NCBI GenBank assembly: GCA_963796685.1
Contig: CAWCMR010000025.1
Coordinates: 512,001 to 576,000, forward strand
Direction of reading: 5' to 3'
DNA from: an uncultured delta proteobacterium
GTDB taxonomy: Bacteria > Myxococcota_A > Polyangia > Fen-1088
Length of the DNA stretch: 64,000 bases
Shown here: piece by piece, positions 22,831 through 32,805 of the stretch
Numbering within the stretch: the first letter of the stretch is position 1
How the letters are laid out: every line of letters begins with the position of its first letter
The notes under the pieces: model-generated
The model's database searches: none
The model's input: only the letters and a program-made list of their open reading frames with translations
Told to the model about the DNA's origin: nothing
Made by a program: the position numbers and the translations under genes

Positions 22831-25191
22831 CTAGCCCTTGAGGGAAACCACGCTGACCCCGTCGCCGCCCTCGCCCGCGCCGCCGGCGCGAAAGCGCCCG
22901 ACGTAGGGCGACGTGGCCAGGTATTCACGCACGACCTTGCGAAGCGCGCCGGTGCCGTGACCGTGAACGACGTACACCGTGTCCGCGCCCTCGAGAGCGG
23001 TGCGGTCGAGGAAGGCTTCCAGCTCGGCCAGCGCCTCGTCGGCGCGCTGGCCGCGCAGGTCGAGGGTGTTGGCCCGCGATTGCAGCACCAGCACCGGTTC
23101 GGGCACGCTTTCGGGAGCGCTCTTCGCTCGCTGCGCGGGCTTTTGCTTCTTGCCTTTGTCGCCCTTGTCGCCGGTGCCCAGCCCGCGGTTGACCAGGGCC
23201 TCGCGCAGGCGGTGAAGGTCGAGCGCCGGCAGCTCGGGCAACCCGGCCGCGACTTCCTTGGCCTTCTTGTCGAGCAGGAGGCGCGCGGCCTCGGCGGCCT
23301 GCGGGCTGCGCTCGCGCCGGACCTCACGCACGATGTCCGAGATGGCTTCGCGCGCGTCGCGCACGGCCGCGTCGATGGCCTCGCGCGAGCGCATGGCCAG
23401 CTCGCGTTCGCGTCGGGTCAGAGCCTCGGTCGCGCTCTTCTCCGCGTCGGTACGGGCTTCCAGCTCCTGCTTCGCCGCTTCGAGCTCCAAGCGGGTTTGC
23501 TCCAGATCCTGGCTGGCGCGCTCCAGCGCTTGCTCGCGCACTTGTAAGTTGCGCAGGGTCTCTTCGAGGCCCAGGCTGCTCCCGTCCATGAGCGACCGGG
23601 CGCGCGCCAAGACCTCGTCGGGCAGACCGATGCGCGCCGCGATGTCGAGGGCGTACGAGCGGCCGGGAACGCCGTCCTTGAGCCGGAAGGTCGGGCGCAG
23701 CTTCACCAGGTCGTATTCCATGCCCGCGTTGCGGAAGCGCTCGTCGCTCTCCGCCAGCGCCTTCAGACTGTCGAAGTGGGTGGTGACCACGATGAGCCCC
23801 GACACCTCGGCCAGCGCCTCCAGCACGGCCCGCGCCAGCGCCGCGCCCTGATCGGGATGCGTCCCCACCATCAGCTCGTCACAGAGAATGAGCAACTTCT
23901 CGTCGCGCGCGGTGGTCGCGCATTCCAAGATCCCCGCCAGATTCGCCAGGTGTCCGGAGAAGGTCGACAAGTCGCCGCGCACCGACTGTTGATCGCCGAT
24001 GTCGGCCAAGACGCGGTTGAAGAACCCCACACGGCTTCCCGCCGCCACGGGCACGTGCAGCCCGGCGCGCGCAAGCAGGGCGGCCAGCCCCACCGATTTG
24101 AGCAGCACGGTCTTGCCGCCGGCGTTGGGGCCGCTGACCACCAGGGCCTTGGCCTTGCTCCAGCCCGGCACATCGCCGAGCACGAGGTTGTTGGCCGTCA
24201 CCGCGGTCTTCTCGCCCGCCGCGCGCAGGGCGAGCAGCGGGTGGCGCAGCGAGGTGAGCTCGACGATGGGCTCGTCGACGAGCTCGACCGGCATGCCTTC
24301 GTAGGCCTCGGCCAGGCGGGCGGAAGCGCCGATGACGTCGAGCCGAGCCAGGGTGTCGCGATCGGTGCGCAAGTGGGGCGCGGCAGCCGACACCGCGGCG
24401 GCAAGCTCCTCCAGAATGCGCCGACTCTCGCGCCGGATCTCGATCTCGGCGACCTTCAGGCGATTGTTGAGCTCGACCATGGCGGTGGGCTCGACGAACA
24501 CGGTCTCGCCGGTGCGCGAGGTGTCGTGCACGATCCCGAGACCCATGGATTTGAACGAAGCCCGCAAGGGCAGCACGAAGCGATCTTCGCGCAAGGTCAC
24601 GAACTGGTCCTGCAGATAAGGTACGTATGCCTCCGAGCCCAGGATCTGCTCGGCCTGCTCGCGGGCACGGGCGGCGACCTGGTCGCGTTCGTAGCGCAGG
24701 CGCAGCAGCTCGGGCGAGGCGCTGCTGCGCAGCTCGCCCGTGGCATCGAAGGTCTCGCGCGCCAGACGCACCAGCTCCTCGTGGTAGCCCAGCGCCGCCG
24801 CCAATCGCGACAGGCGCGGCGTTTGCAGCACGCCGTCAGGTTGGATGCGACCGAAGAATCGCCGGGCGTTGGCGGCGACCTCGCAGAAATCGGCTACCAG
24901 GCGCAGCTCCTCGGGACCGAGCGGAATCCCCTGGCTGACCGAGCGCAGGTGGCTCTCGATCTCGGGAAAATTCAGGGCCGGCAGCGACTCGCCCGTGCGC
25001 AAGATCGCCACTGCCTCGGATACCTCGGCCATGCGTTCGCGCGCCTCCTCCGCCGATGCGCACAGGGACAAGCTCTGGCACGCGCTCACGCCGCGCGACG
25101 AGTGTGCCCGCTGCGCCAGCTCGGCGCACACCTCGGGCCAGTCGAGAAATTCGAGGTAGCGTCGGGAAAGGTCAACCTGCTCGGAAGTCAT
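22831..25191 (-). CDS. mutS2: Endonuclease MutS2
   Basis: GIVHDTSRTGETVFVEP, SGPNAGGKT, DIGDQQS..LSTFSGH, coiled coil, Smr domain (LDLRG..HGHGTGALR). Confidence 0.95.
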   Translation of the reverse strand: MTSEQVDLSRRYLEFLDWPEVCAELAQRAHSSRGVSACQSLSLCASAEEARERMAEVSEAVAILRTGESLPALNFPEIESHLRSVSQGIPLGPEELRLVADFCEVAANARRFFGRIQPDGVLQTPRLSRLAAALGYHEELVRLARETFDATGELRSSASPELLRLRYERDQVAARAREQAEQILGSEAYVPYLQDQFVTLREDRFVLPLRASFKSMGLGIVHDTSRTGETVFVEPTAMVELNNRLKVAEIEIRRESRRILEELAAAVSAAAPHLRTDRDTLARLDVIGASARLAEAYEGMPVELVDEPIVELTSLRHPLLALRAAGEKTAVTANNLVLGDVPGWSKAKALVVSGPNAGGKTVLLKSVGLAALLARAGLHVPVAAGSRVGFFNRVLADIGDQQSVRGDLSTFSGHLANLAGILECATTARDEKLLILCDELMVGTHPDQGAALARAVLEALAEVSGLIVVTTHFDSLKALAESDERFRNAGMEYDLVKLRPTFRLKDGVPGRSYALDIAARIGLPDEVLARARSLMDGSSLGLEETLRNLQVREQALERASQDLEQTRLELEAAKQELEARTDAEKSATEALTRRERELAMRSREAIDAAVRDAREAISDIVREVRRERSPQAAEAARLLLDKKAKEVAAGLPELPALDLHRLREALVNRGLGTGDKGDKGKKQKPAQRAKSAPESVPEPVLVLQSRANTLDLRGQRADEALAELEAFLDRTALEGADTVYVVHGHGTGALRKVVREYLATSPYVGRFRAGGAGEGGDGVSVVSLKG

Positions 25192-25290
25192 CCGCGCCGG
25201 AGTGTACCGCAGACGAGGCTGCTAGGCGGAGCCATGGGGAATTCCGGTCCGAGAAGCCCATCGTGTGCGCGCCGTCCCAGCCTCGTCTTC

Positions 25291-26850
25291 TCATCTTGGG
25301 GGTCGGCGGGATTCGTGCAAGCCCAGGCTCGGGCCGGAACCGATGTCGGCCGGTTTGCCGGGGTGTAGGAAGCGAAGATACTTTTCCAGCACCGGATCTC
25401 CCGGATCCTTGACGATGAGTCTCCGGAGCAGCGGTTCGGCCTCCGCCGCGCGACCGACGGCGAACAAGGCGATGGCTCGATTCTTCGCGAAGTGATCCGG
25501 ACCGAAGCGACGGGTGCAATCTTCGTAGTACGCGAGGGCGGTCTGCGGCTCACCACGCTCGAAAAAGGCATTGCCGAGATTGAGGCACACCTGCGGGCTG
25601 TCGGGATAGCGGGCGTAGACGGATTTCCAGAGCGAGACTCCGTCGTGCCAAGCTGCGCACGCCGACACGGAGCCGAAGAGCAGCGCGAGGCCCATGCCGA
25701 GCCCGGCCGCCCAACGCAAGACCGGGCGCACACGCGGAACCAAGGACTCGGCAGCCGCGCCCGCGGCCAGGGCCAGACCTGCCAAGGGAAGGTAGACGTA
25801 GCTGTCGGCCAGAAAGCGACGCAGCGGCACGATGCCCGAGCTCGGCACATAGGCCACGACCGCGAACAACAGCCCGAAATGAAAGACCCGTCGCTGTTTC
25901 TCGGCCAGGCGACGTGCCAGCATCCAAGCGAGCATGGCCACGCCCGCAGGTAGCAGATCCACGGCGGGATCGAAGGATGGCGGCATGTGAAGCGGAATGT
26001 GCTTGGCCAGCGGCCGCAGCACGAAGAGGGCCAGCCCCAGGTGATAGCCCAAGGCATACTCGAGATCGCGCAGCCAGGAGAGCAACGGGGGCAACGCATG
26101 CAGAGCGCCGATGCGGTCCTGCCCGAACCATGACATCGCGGCGGCGAACCCTGCCACCACGACGGCAGGCAGGACGAGCGGCCAGCGCGCTCGCGGTTGA
26201 TCCTTGCGCTGGAGGATCCAGACTAGCGGCAACGCCAGGACCGATGGTTTGGAGAACGCCGCCAAGGTGAAGAGGACTGTGGTCGCAAGCGCGCCGTAGA
26301 TCCGCCGTTTGGGATGTGCCGACGTGGCGAGGAAGACCCAGGTCGCCGCCAAACCGAATGCCGTTGCCAGCAAGTCCTTGCGCCCCGAGATCCAGGACAC
26401 CGGTTCGGCCACCGCAGGATGCAGACCGAAGCACAGAAACGCGAGGCTGGCGCCCAACCTGCCAAGACCGATGAAGCGCCCGAGGCCATAGAGCAGGCCG
26501 CAGACGGCGAGGTGCAAGAGCACATTGGTGGCGTGATAGAGCCAGGGCGCGGGACCTACGATCATGTACTCGATCGCGTAGCTGGCGACGGTCACCGGGA
26601 TCGGATAGCCGAGCGTTGGCGTGAGCCAGCGTTCGCGGGAGCCACCGGCTCCGAGGACCGTCGCGTTGGCAAGCACGTGGGCCGGATCGTCCCAGTTGAC
26701 GAAGTCGAACCCCAGCGTGCGCACGTACCCCAAAGCGATGAGGCACAAAAACAGCCAAGGAAGCCAGCGGGGAGCCTGCACCGATGCTGGGAAAAGAGCC
26801 TGGTCCTCACCGGCGGGCGCGTCGCCTTGCTTGTCCACACGGTTGTCCAT
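25291..26850 (-). CDS. TMTC-like membrane glycosyltransferase with C-terminal TPR
   Basis: FVNWDDP, HPAVAEPVSWISGRKD, SKP, ADSYVYLP, NLGNA TPR. Confidence 0.82.
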   Translation of the reverse strand: MDNRVDKQGDAPAGEDQALFPASVQAPRWLPWLFLCLIALGYVRTLGFDFVNWDDPAHVLANATVLGAGGSRERWLTPTLGYPIPVTVASYAIEYMIVGPAPWLYHATNVLLHLAVCGLLYGLGRFIGLGRLGASLAFLCFGLHPAVAEPVSWISGRKDLLATAFGLAATWVFLATSAHPKRRIYGALATTVLFTLAAFSKPSVLALPLVWILQRKDQPRARWPLVLPAVVVAGFAAAMSWFGQDRIGALHALPPLLSWLRDLEYALGYHLGLALFVLRPLAKHIPLHMPPSFDPAVDLLPAGVAMLAWMLARRLAEKQRRVFHFGLLFAVVAYVPSSGIVPLRRFLADSYVYLPLAGLALAAGAAAESLVPRVRPVLRWAAGLGMGLALLFGSVSACAAWHDGVSLWKSVYARYPDSPQVCLNLGNAFFERGEPQTALAYYEDCTRRFGPDHFAKNRAIALFAVGRAAEAEPLLRRLIVKDPGDPVLEKYLRFLHPGKPADIGSGPSLGLHESRRPPR

Positions 26851-26967
26851 TGCGAGCTGCCGCCACCAGCATAGAACCTTCCGCGCGCTTTTGCATCGCT
26901 CGCCTGCGGATCGGCAGAATGCCATAGGCGAGCCGCGGCCGAGCGCCAGCGCAAAACGAAAAGGGGG

Positions 26968-27813
26968 TCACGGAAGTTGGGTCACGGGGCCGCCCAGGGT
27001 GGATTGGCCGCCGATGCGGGCCATGAGGGCGGGGAGGATCTCTTCGGAGCGCGCCCGCAGCAATTGGACCTGGTGCGAGGGCGCGGCGGTTGCCGGATCG
27101 ATGGACAACACGGGGGCACCACGCTCCAGCGCCGCATGGAGGATCAGATCCGTCACGCCCACGGAGAAGGAGGTCCCCACGAACAGGACGGCATCGCTGC
27201 CGGCTGCGGCTTCGAGCACGCGCGGCCAGCCGTAGTCGCGATGGCTGTCGTAGTATTCGTCGAACCACAGCACGTGCTGGCGCATGACCGCCTGGCAAGA
27301 GGGGCAACGCGGAAGCGTGGCGCCCGAAGGGTCGGCCAGGAATCTGTCGAGCGCGAATTCAGCGCGCGGAAGCGACCCTTCGGGAGCGCCGTGGGCGCAG
27401 CCCTGGCGCGGGCACCGAATCCGATCCGCGCGGCCGTGCACCTCGATGAGATTGCGTGAGCCGGCCTGACGGTGAAGGCCGTCGATGTTCTGCGTGACCA
27501 GGAGCATCTCTCCGCCGCGGCCCGCGCAGTGGTCCTCGAGCGCGACCAGGGCGGCGTGGGCCGAATTCGGTCGCGCGCCGTGCGTGCGTTCGAAGCGCGA
27601 GAGGTACCAACGCCACGAGCCCACCGGGTCCTCCCGGAAGTAGCGGAAGGTGCCGAGCTCGGTAACGTCCTTCTTCCACACCGCGCCCGGGTCCTGGCCG
27701 CGGAAGGTGGGGATGCCGCTGGCCAAGCTGATGCCCGCCCCGGTGACGACCAGGATGTGTTCGCTCGCGTACCGCTCGAACAGACTGGCCAAGGCGTCCA
27801 GAGCGCGATCCAC
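26968..27813 (-). CDS. NAD-dependent deacylase (Sir2/CobB family)
   Basis: GAGIS..SGIPTFRG, TQNIDGLH, EVHG, Cys pairs, VGTS. Confidence 0.93.
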   Translation of the reverse strand: MDRALDALASLFERYASEHILVVTGAGISLASGIPTFRGQDPGAVWKKDVTELGTFRYFREDPVGSWRWYLSRFERTHGARPNSAHAALVALEDHCAGRGGEMLLVTQNIDGLHRQAGSRNLIEVHGRADRIRCPRQGCAHGAPEGSLPRAEFALDRFLADPSGATLPRCPSCQAVMRQHVLWFDEYYDSHRDYGWPRVLEAAAGSDAVLFVGTSFSVGVTDLILHAALERGAPVLSIDPATAAPSHQVQLLRARSEEILPALMARIGGQSTLGGPVTQLP

Positions 27814-27825
27814 GGCGGAAGATCC

Positions 27826-28803
27826 TCAGTACACCCGTCCCACGAGCGCATGGCCGCGCACGAAGCGGTCGAGGTTGGCCAGGAACAGCGCCACCAGGCG
27901 GTCGTATTCGTCGCCGTGTCCGCCAGCTACGTGGGGGGTGATGAAACAGTTGGGCACGGACCACAGCGGGTGCTCGGGCGGCAGCGGCTCGGGCGAGGTG
28001 ACGTCGAGATAAGCGGCGCTCAGGGGACCGCGTAGGGCCGCGAGCAACGCCGACTGAGCCACGGTGGCGCCACGGCCGATGTTGATGAAGACCGCGCCGG
28101 GCTTCATGGCGGAAAATCTCGCGGTGTCGAAGAAGCCGACCGTGTCGCTTGCCGCCGGCAGAAGGTCGATGACCCAATCTGCACGCGCCAGCCATCGGGG
28201 CAGCTCGCCGAGCGGGTAGGTCTCGACCGGCTCGTCACCGTGTGGGCGCCGGCGAAAACCGACCACGTGCAGTCCAAAGGGGGCGAGCAATTCGGCGAGC
28301 CGTCGGGCAATGGCACCGAATCCGACCAGCAGGACCGTTTGGCCCGTGAGCAGGAACGAAGCCGCCCGCGTGGGCGGCGTGTTCCAGGCGTGGCTCGTGA
28401 CCTGGTCGCGGATCGAACCGGGTAGTTGCCTGGCCTCGGCCAGCATGAAGGCGAGCGCGTGCTGCGCGCAGGGCTCGTCGTACACCGAGGAGCTGTTGCT
28501 GAGCGGCGTGCCGCGAGCGAGGAATGCCGCGCGAACATCGTCGCTGGCGAAGGTCGTGTACCCGGCGCTGGCAAGGTGGACCCAAAGCAGTCGTGTGCAC
28601 GCCACGCATTGATCGGCTTCGGGTTGTCCGAAGGCAACGTCCGCTTCGACCAAGGCGGGATCGTGACGCCCGACGGGCTGAAAGCACGTGGTCGATTCGA
28701 CCGCGCGCACCAAGCGGTGGGCGCCGAGCCCCGCTTGGAGAGCGGCCAGCGAACGACCGGTCAGGTCGAGATTGCACCATACTGTGAGTGGACTCGAAGT
28801 CAT
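27826..28803 (-). CDS. D-2-hydroxyacid dehydrogenase
   Basis: VGFGAIA, INIGRG, LDVT.PEPLP, ITPHVAG. Confidence 0.93.
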   Translation of the reverse strand: MTSSPLTVWCNLDLTGRSLAALQAGLGAHRLVRAVESTTCFQPVGRHDPALVEADVAFGQPEADQCVACTRLLWVHLASAGYTTFASDDVRAAFLARGTPLSNSSSVYDEPCAQHALAFMLAEARQLPGSIRDQVTSHAWNTPPTRAASFLLTGQTVLLVGFGAIARRLAELLAPFGLHVVGFRRRPHGDEPVETYPLGELPRWLARADWVIDLLPAASDTVGFFDTARFSAMKPGAVFINIGRGATVAQSALLAALRGPLSAAYLDVTSPEPLPPEHPLWSVPNCFITPHVAGGHGDEYDRLVALFLANLDRFVRGHALVGRVY

Positions 28804-28827
28804 GGCAGCCAGCCTACATCGTCGGCC

Positions 28828-30381
28828 TCAAAGTCGCGCCTCGCGCAGGCGACGCTGCAGCTCCGCCGGATCGCGAGCCGCGGACACGGCCACCTCGCGC
28901 GTGATCTTGCCCGTGCGCAGAAGCTCGAACAGCGACGCCTCGAACGCCACCATTCCGTCCTCGCGGCCGGTCTGGATCTGGCTGGCGAGCTGGTGGGTCT
29001 TTCCCTCGCGGATGAGCGCGCCGACGGCGTAGTTGACCGTCAGAAGCTCGATGGCCGGATAGCGTGTGCCGGGACGCGCGCCCGACAGAAGCTGCTGGGT
29101 CAGCACCGCGCGCAGCACCCCCGCGACTTGCTGGCGGATTTGCCCCTGCTGGTGCTGGGGAAAGATGTCGATGATGCGGTCGATGGCCATGGGCGCGCTG
29201 CCGCTGTGAAGGGTGGACAGCACGAGGTGTCCGGTCTCGGCCGCGGTCAGGGCCATGGCGACGGTCTCGCGGTCGCGCATCTCGCCGACGAGAATGATAT
29301 CGGGCCCCTCGCGCAGCGCCGCACGCAAGCCGGCGGAGAAGCTCTCGACGTGGGTGCCGACCTCGCGCTGGTGGATGAGGCAACGGCGCGGCTGATACAC
29401 GAGCTCGATGGGATCCTCGAGCGTGATGACGTGGCGAGCGCAGGTGCGGTTGACGGTCTCGAGCATGGCGGCGAGGGTGCTCGACTTGCCCGAACCCGTC
29501 GGACCCACCACGAGCACCATGCCGCTGCTCGCACCGACCAAGCCGCCGATGCTGTCCGGCAAATTCAACTCGGAGAACGAAGGGGCATGCCGCTTGATGG
29601 GACGCAGGGCGATGGCCAGGCCGTGGGCCTGCGAAAACACGTTCATTCGAAAGCGCTGTGCCCCGTCGTCGATGTCCGGTGCCACCCACGGCAGATCCAC
29701 GCTGCCCGCGCTTTCCAACACGCGGCGGCGCGGCCGGTCGAGAATCGAGTCGACGAAGGCCCTGATTTCCAATTCGCCAATGGGCGCGGCCGAGGCCGCC
29801 GCGAAACCATCGGCCGAGCGAATCCAAAGCGGTTGCCCCGCCGAGAGCAGGATGTCGGAAACCTCGCGGCCAGCGGCGCGCGCGATGACGCCTGCCAGAC
29901 GCGCGGCCACTGCCGCGCTGGCAGGATCGTCGACGACCACCGCCGGCTCCACGACGTCGCTCGCGGCGGCGATCGGCCGGGGGATCGGCGCCCCTTCTGC
30001 GCCCGACGTGGCCACCCCCTGTGTCGCGGGTGCGACCGTCGTCGCGGGCGCGACCTGCGCCGCGGGTTTTGCCACTTGGGCCCCTCCGCGGCGCAGCTTG
30101 AGTGACATGTTGTCAGCGCTTCGTCGCGCCTCCACCGCAAACGCTCCCTGTTTTCCGGAGCGGTAGACGGAGTCGCACATGCCCGTCGCGCGCAGGGTCT
30201 CCTGCTCGTTGGCAGTCAGCACCTCGACGATGAAAGTCTCGATGGTCTGAAGGTCGAGCGGCGGCATGGTCAAGCCCCGCCCCTTGCCGCCCACGAGCAC
30301 GGGGATCTCTCGCGCGCGCAGAACAATCCCCGTCGCCTGCTGCGCGTCGATGAGCGTCAAAAGTGAATCGATGGCTGCCAT
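28828..30381 (-). CDS. PilT/PilU-family ATPase with an extra N-terminal domain
   Basis: GPTGSGKSS, EDPIE, QREVG, PDIILVGEMRD, GHLVLSTLH, ALIRE. Confidence 0.9.
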   Translation of the reverse strand: MAAIDSLLTLIDAQQATGIVLRAREIPVLVGGKGRGLTMPPLDLQTIETFIVEVLTANEQETLRATGMCDSVYRSGKQGAFAVEARRSADNMSLKLRRGGAQVAKPAAQVAPATTVAPATQGVATSGAEGAPIPRPIAAASDVVEPAVVVDDPASAAVAARLAGVIARAAGREVSDILLSAGQPLWIRSADGFAAASAAPIGELEIRAFVDSILDRPRRRVLESAGSVDLPWVAPDIDDGAQRFRMNVFSQAHGLAIALRPIKRHAPSFSELNLPDSIGGLVGASSGMVLVVGPTGSGKSSTLAAMLETVNRTCARHVITLEDPIELVYQPRRCLIHQREVGTHVESFSAGLRAALREGPDIILVGEMRDRETVAMALTAAETGHLVLSTLHSGSAPMAIDRIIDIFPQHQQGQIRQQVAGVLRAVLTQQLLSGARPGTRYPAIELLTVNYAVGALIREGKTHQLASQIQTGREDGMVAFEASLFELLRTGKITREVAVSAARDPAELQRRLREARL

Positions 30382-30517
30382 GCTTCACGATGTAGCAAGA
30401 GTCGGACCCAGACAGGATGTCACCCACGAGGACAAACGCAATCCCAGGTTGGGAAAGGCGTCGGACCCTCGCGTTCGCATTGTGTCGCCCCCACCTTTTC
30501 AGGCATGCTCGTCCACC

Positions 30518-31696
30518 ATGAACACCCGCTGTCGAGCTCGACGAGCCCTCTTACACGAATCCGCGGCACGCTGGCTGCCTTGCGCCGTCCTTTTGTTTGG
30601 CCTCGGAGGCGGCAGGGCGTTAGCCGAGGAGCATGATCGCGGACGACACGACCAGGAAAACCCGCAGGGGGCACAGGGGCAGCATCCGCATCAAGGGCAG
30701 CAGCCGCAGGGACAGCCCCAGCAGCACACGCAGCCCCAGCAGCACGCGCAGCCCCAGCAGCACACGCCCCAGCAACATCCACAGCCGCCGCAGCATCAGC
30801 AACCACCCCAATTCCAGCAGCCGCAGCACCAACAGCCGCAGCAGGTCCAGCCGCAGCAGCACTCGCAGCAACACCAACCGCCACAGCAAAGGCCGCAACA
30901 GGGATGGGGCGGCCAGCACCCGGGCGATCGCCACGAGGAGCACCCACCCCAGGGTATGCAGCGACAGCCGGGCCCCTCACCCATGCAGCACGGCCGAGCC
31001 ACGCCTGAAATGCAGCACCCTGGGCACCCGATGCAACCCGCGCCACCGCCGCACGCCGAACGCGGAAGGCCCATGCCTCCCGCGCCAGCACCACGCTTCG
31101 AGCGGGCTCGACCCATGCCGCCCATGCACATGGGACGCCCGCTGGCACCGCGTGAACCGGTCTTCGTCGACGTGGCGCCGCCGCGCCCTCGCCACGAGGT
31201 GCGCCCGCCACGACCGTCGCCGGGCCACATCTGGATCGGCGGGTACTGGGGCTTGGAAAACGGCGCGCAAGTGTGGATCGGCGGCGAGTGGGCCGAACCG
31301 CCCCAGCCCGGCTATGCGTGGGAAGCGCCACGCTGGCGTCGGCACGGTCACCGCTGGGAGTACGTCCCCGGCTACTGGCGCCACCACGGAGGCCCCGTGT
31401 ATGTCGGGCCGGCGGGTCCACAACCCGCCTACGACGGCGGCATCACCATCAGCGGTCGCGTGATGAGCATGCAAGGCGCCCCCGTGCCGGGCATCATGAT
31501 TACCCTTGCCGGCACCCAGGAAGGCCATATCGTCACCGACGGCAGCGGTTACTATGCATTCACTGGCCTGCCCCCCGGATCGTACGCCGTGCGACCGACG
31601 GGCAACTGCGCCTTCGCGCCCGACGTGGCCAACCTGAACGACCTCTACGGCAGCGTCACCCAGGACATCATCGTCTCGGACTGCGGCGGCTGGTAA
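30518..31696 (+). CDS. Secreted Gln/Pro/His-rich protein with YXWGXW repeats and carboxypeptidase-regulatory-like domain
   Basis: Signal peptide, QPQQH repeats, IWIGGYW / VWIGGEW / YVPGYW, ISGRV..TDGSGYYAFTGLPPGSY. Confidence 0.8.
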   Translation: MNTRCRARRALLHESAARWLPCAVLLFGLGGGRALAEEHDRGRHDQENPQGAQGQHPHQGQQPQGQPQQHTQPQQHAQPQQHTPQQHPQPPQHQQPPQFQQPQHQQPQQVQPQQHSQQHQPPQQRPQQGWGGQHPGDRHEEHPPQGMQRQPGPSPMQHGRATPEMQHPGHPMQPAPPPHAERGRPMPPAPAPRFERARPMPPMHMGRPLAPREPVFVDVAPPRPRHEVRPPRPSPGHIWIGGYWGLENGAQVWIGGEWAEPPQPGYAWEAPRWRRHGHRWEYVPGYWRHHGGPVYVGPAGPQPAYDGGITISGRVMSMQGAPVPGIMITLAGTQEGHIVTDGSGYYAFTGLPPGSYAVRPTGNCAFAPDVANLNDLYGSVTQDIIVSDCGGW

Positions 31697-31880
31697 GAGA
31701 AACCGATCGCGTGCCGCCTGTGCTGCAGGCGCACTCCGGAATCGTCGCTTTGTGCAATTTGCGAATTGAATCGACCGCAGCACACGACGGGGAGCAAACC
31801 CGAGCTGACAGGACCCGCCACGCCGAAGCCGGCGGGTCGCCCAACAGCACTTTCCTAGGCTTATCCGAACGGCATTGCGG

Positions 31881-32693
31881 CTAAACCGCCGACACGAGAA
31901 ACGACTCCAGCAAGGCGAGCACGCGCTCAGGCTGTTCGAGGCTGCTGATATGTCCGGCCCCTTCGACGATCTCGAGCCGCGCACCCGCGATGGCGTCGGC
32001 GAGCGCCTGCGACTCGTGCACAGGCCGCGGTCTGTCGTGCCGTCCCACCGCGACCAAGGTCGGGCATCGGATCTCGCCGAGACGCTCGTGGAGCGACGGT
32101 CGCGAGAAGATCGCCCTGCCCAAAGCCACGATGCTGGTTAGGCGGTCCTCTCCTATCTCCAGAAGCGAACGGCGAAAGCCATCGACGAGGGTTGGCTTGC
32201 CGGTGAGGGTTTCCGGTGCGAAGTAGATCGGCACCACTTGTTCGGCCAGCGGTGGCGGGATCGCACCCACGCGCTCCATGAGGTCCAGCATGCCAAAGTA
32301 CAGCGCCTGCGTCGCCGCAGGCTCTTCACTGGCGACCGTATCCATCAGCACCAAAGCCTTTACTCGATCCGGGCAATCGAGGGCCGTTTCAATGCCCCAA
32401 ATCCCGCCCACCGAAAGCCCAACGATAGCGAGCTCTGCGAGGCCCAGCGCATCGACCAAGCCTCGCATGTCGCCGGTGAGCTTCGACATGGAATAGGGCA
32501 CCTCGGGTATGGCGCCAGATTTCCCGTGCCCCCACAGCTCGGGGACGATGCAACGGTAACGAGTCGAGAGCGTCTCGATCTGCGGCGCCCACATGGCAGC
32601 GTCCCACAAATAGCTTCCGCCGAAGAGCACGGGAAAGCCCGCGCCGCGGTCGAGGTAGTGAAGGTCTTGTCCGTGGATGGCGATGTGTGGCAT
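31881..32693 (-). CDS. Alpha/beta-fold hydrolase
   Basis: GHGKS, GLSVGG nucleophile elbow, GRHD, AGH. Confidence 0.92.
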   Translation of the reverse strand: MPHIAIHGQDLHYLDRGAGFPVLFGGSYLWDAAMWAPQIETLSTRYRCIVPELWGHGKSGAIPEVPYSMSKLTGDMRGLVDALGLAELAIVGLSVGGIWGIETALDCPDRVKALVLMDTVASEEPAATQALYFGMLDLMERVGAIPPPLAEQVVPIYFAPETLTGKPTLVDGFRRSLLEIGEDRLTSIVALGRAIFSRPSLHERLGEIRCPTLVAVGRHDRPRPVHESQALADAIAGARLEIVEGAGHISSLEQPERVLALLESFLVSAV

Positions 32694-32805
32694 GGCGACC
32701 TCGCAGAGAAGCGCAATCGAAGAAGCGCAACAAGGCTAGCCCCCGTCCGGCGGAGCTGCCAGGGAGTCGTTCGGACTGGCGGACTGAGCCCTGGCGACCT
32801 TTGCG

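Noticed and set aside
26968-27813. Sir2 protein as an anti-phage NADase
   Set aside because: Has classical zinc-binding deacylase motifs and a metabolic gene context
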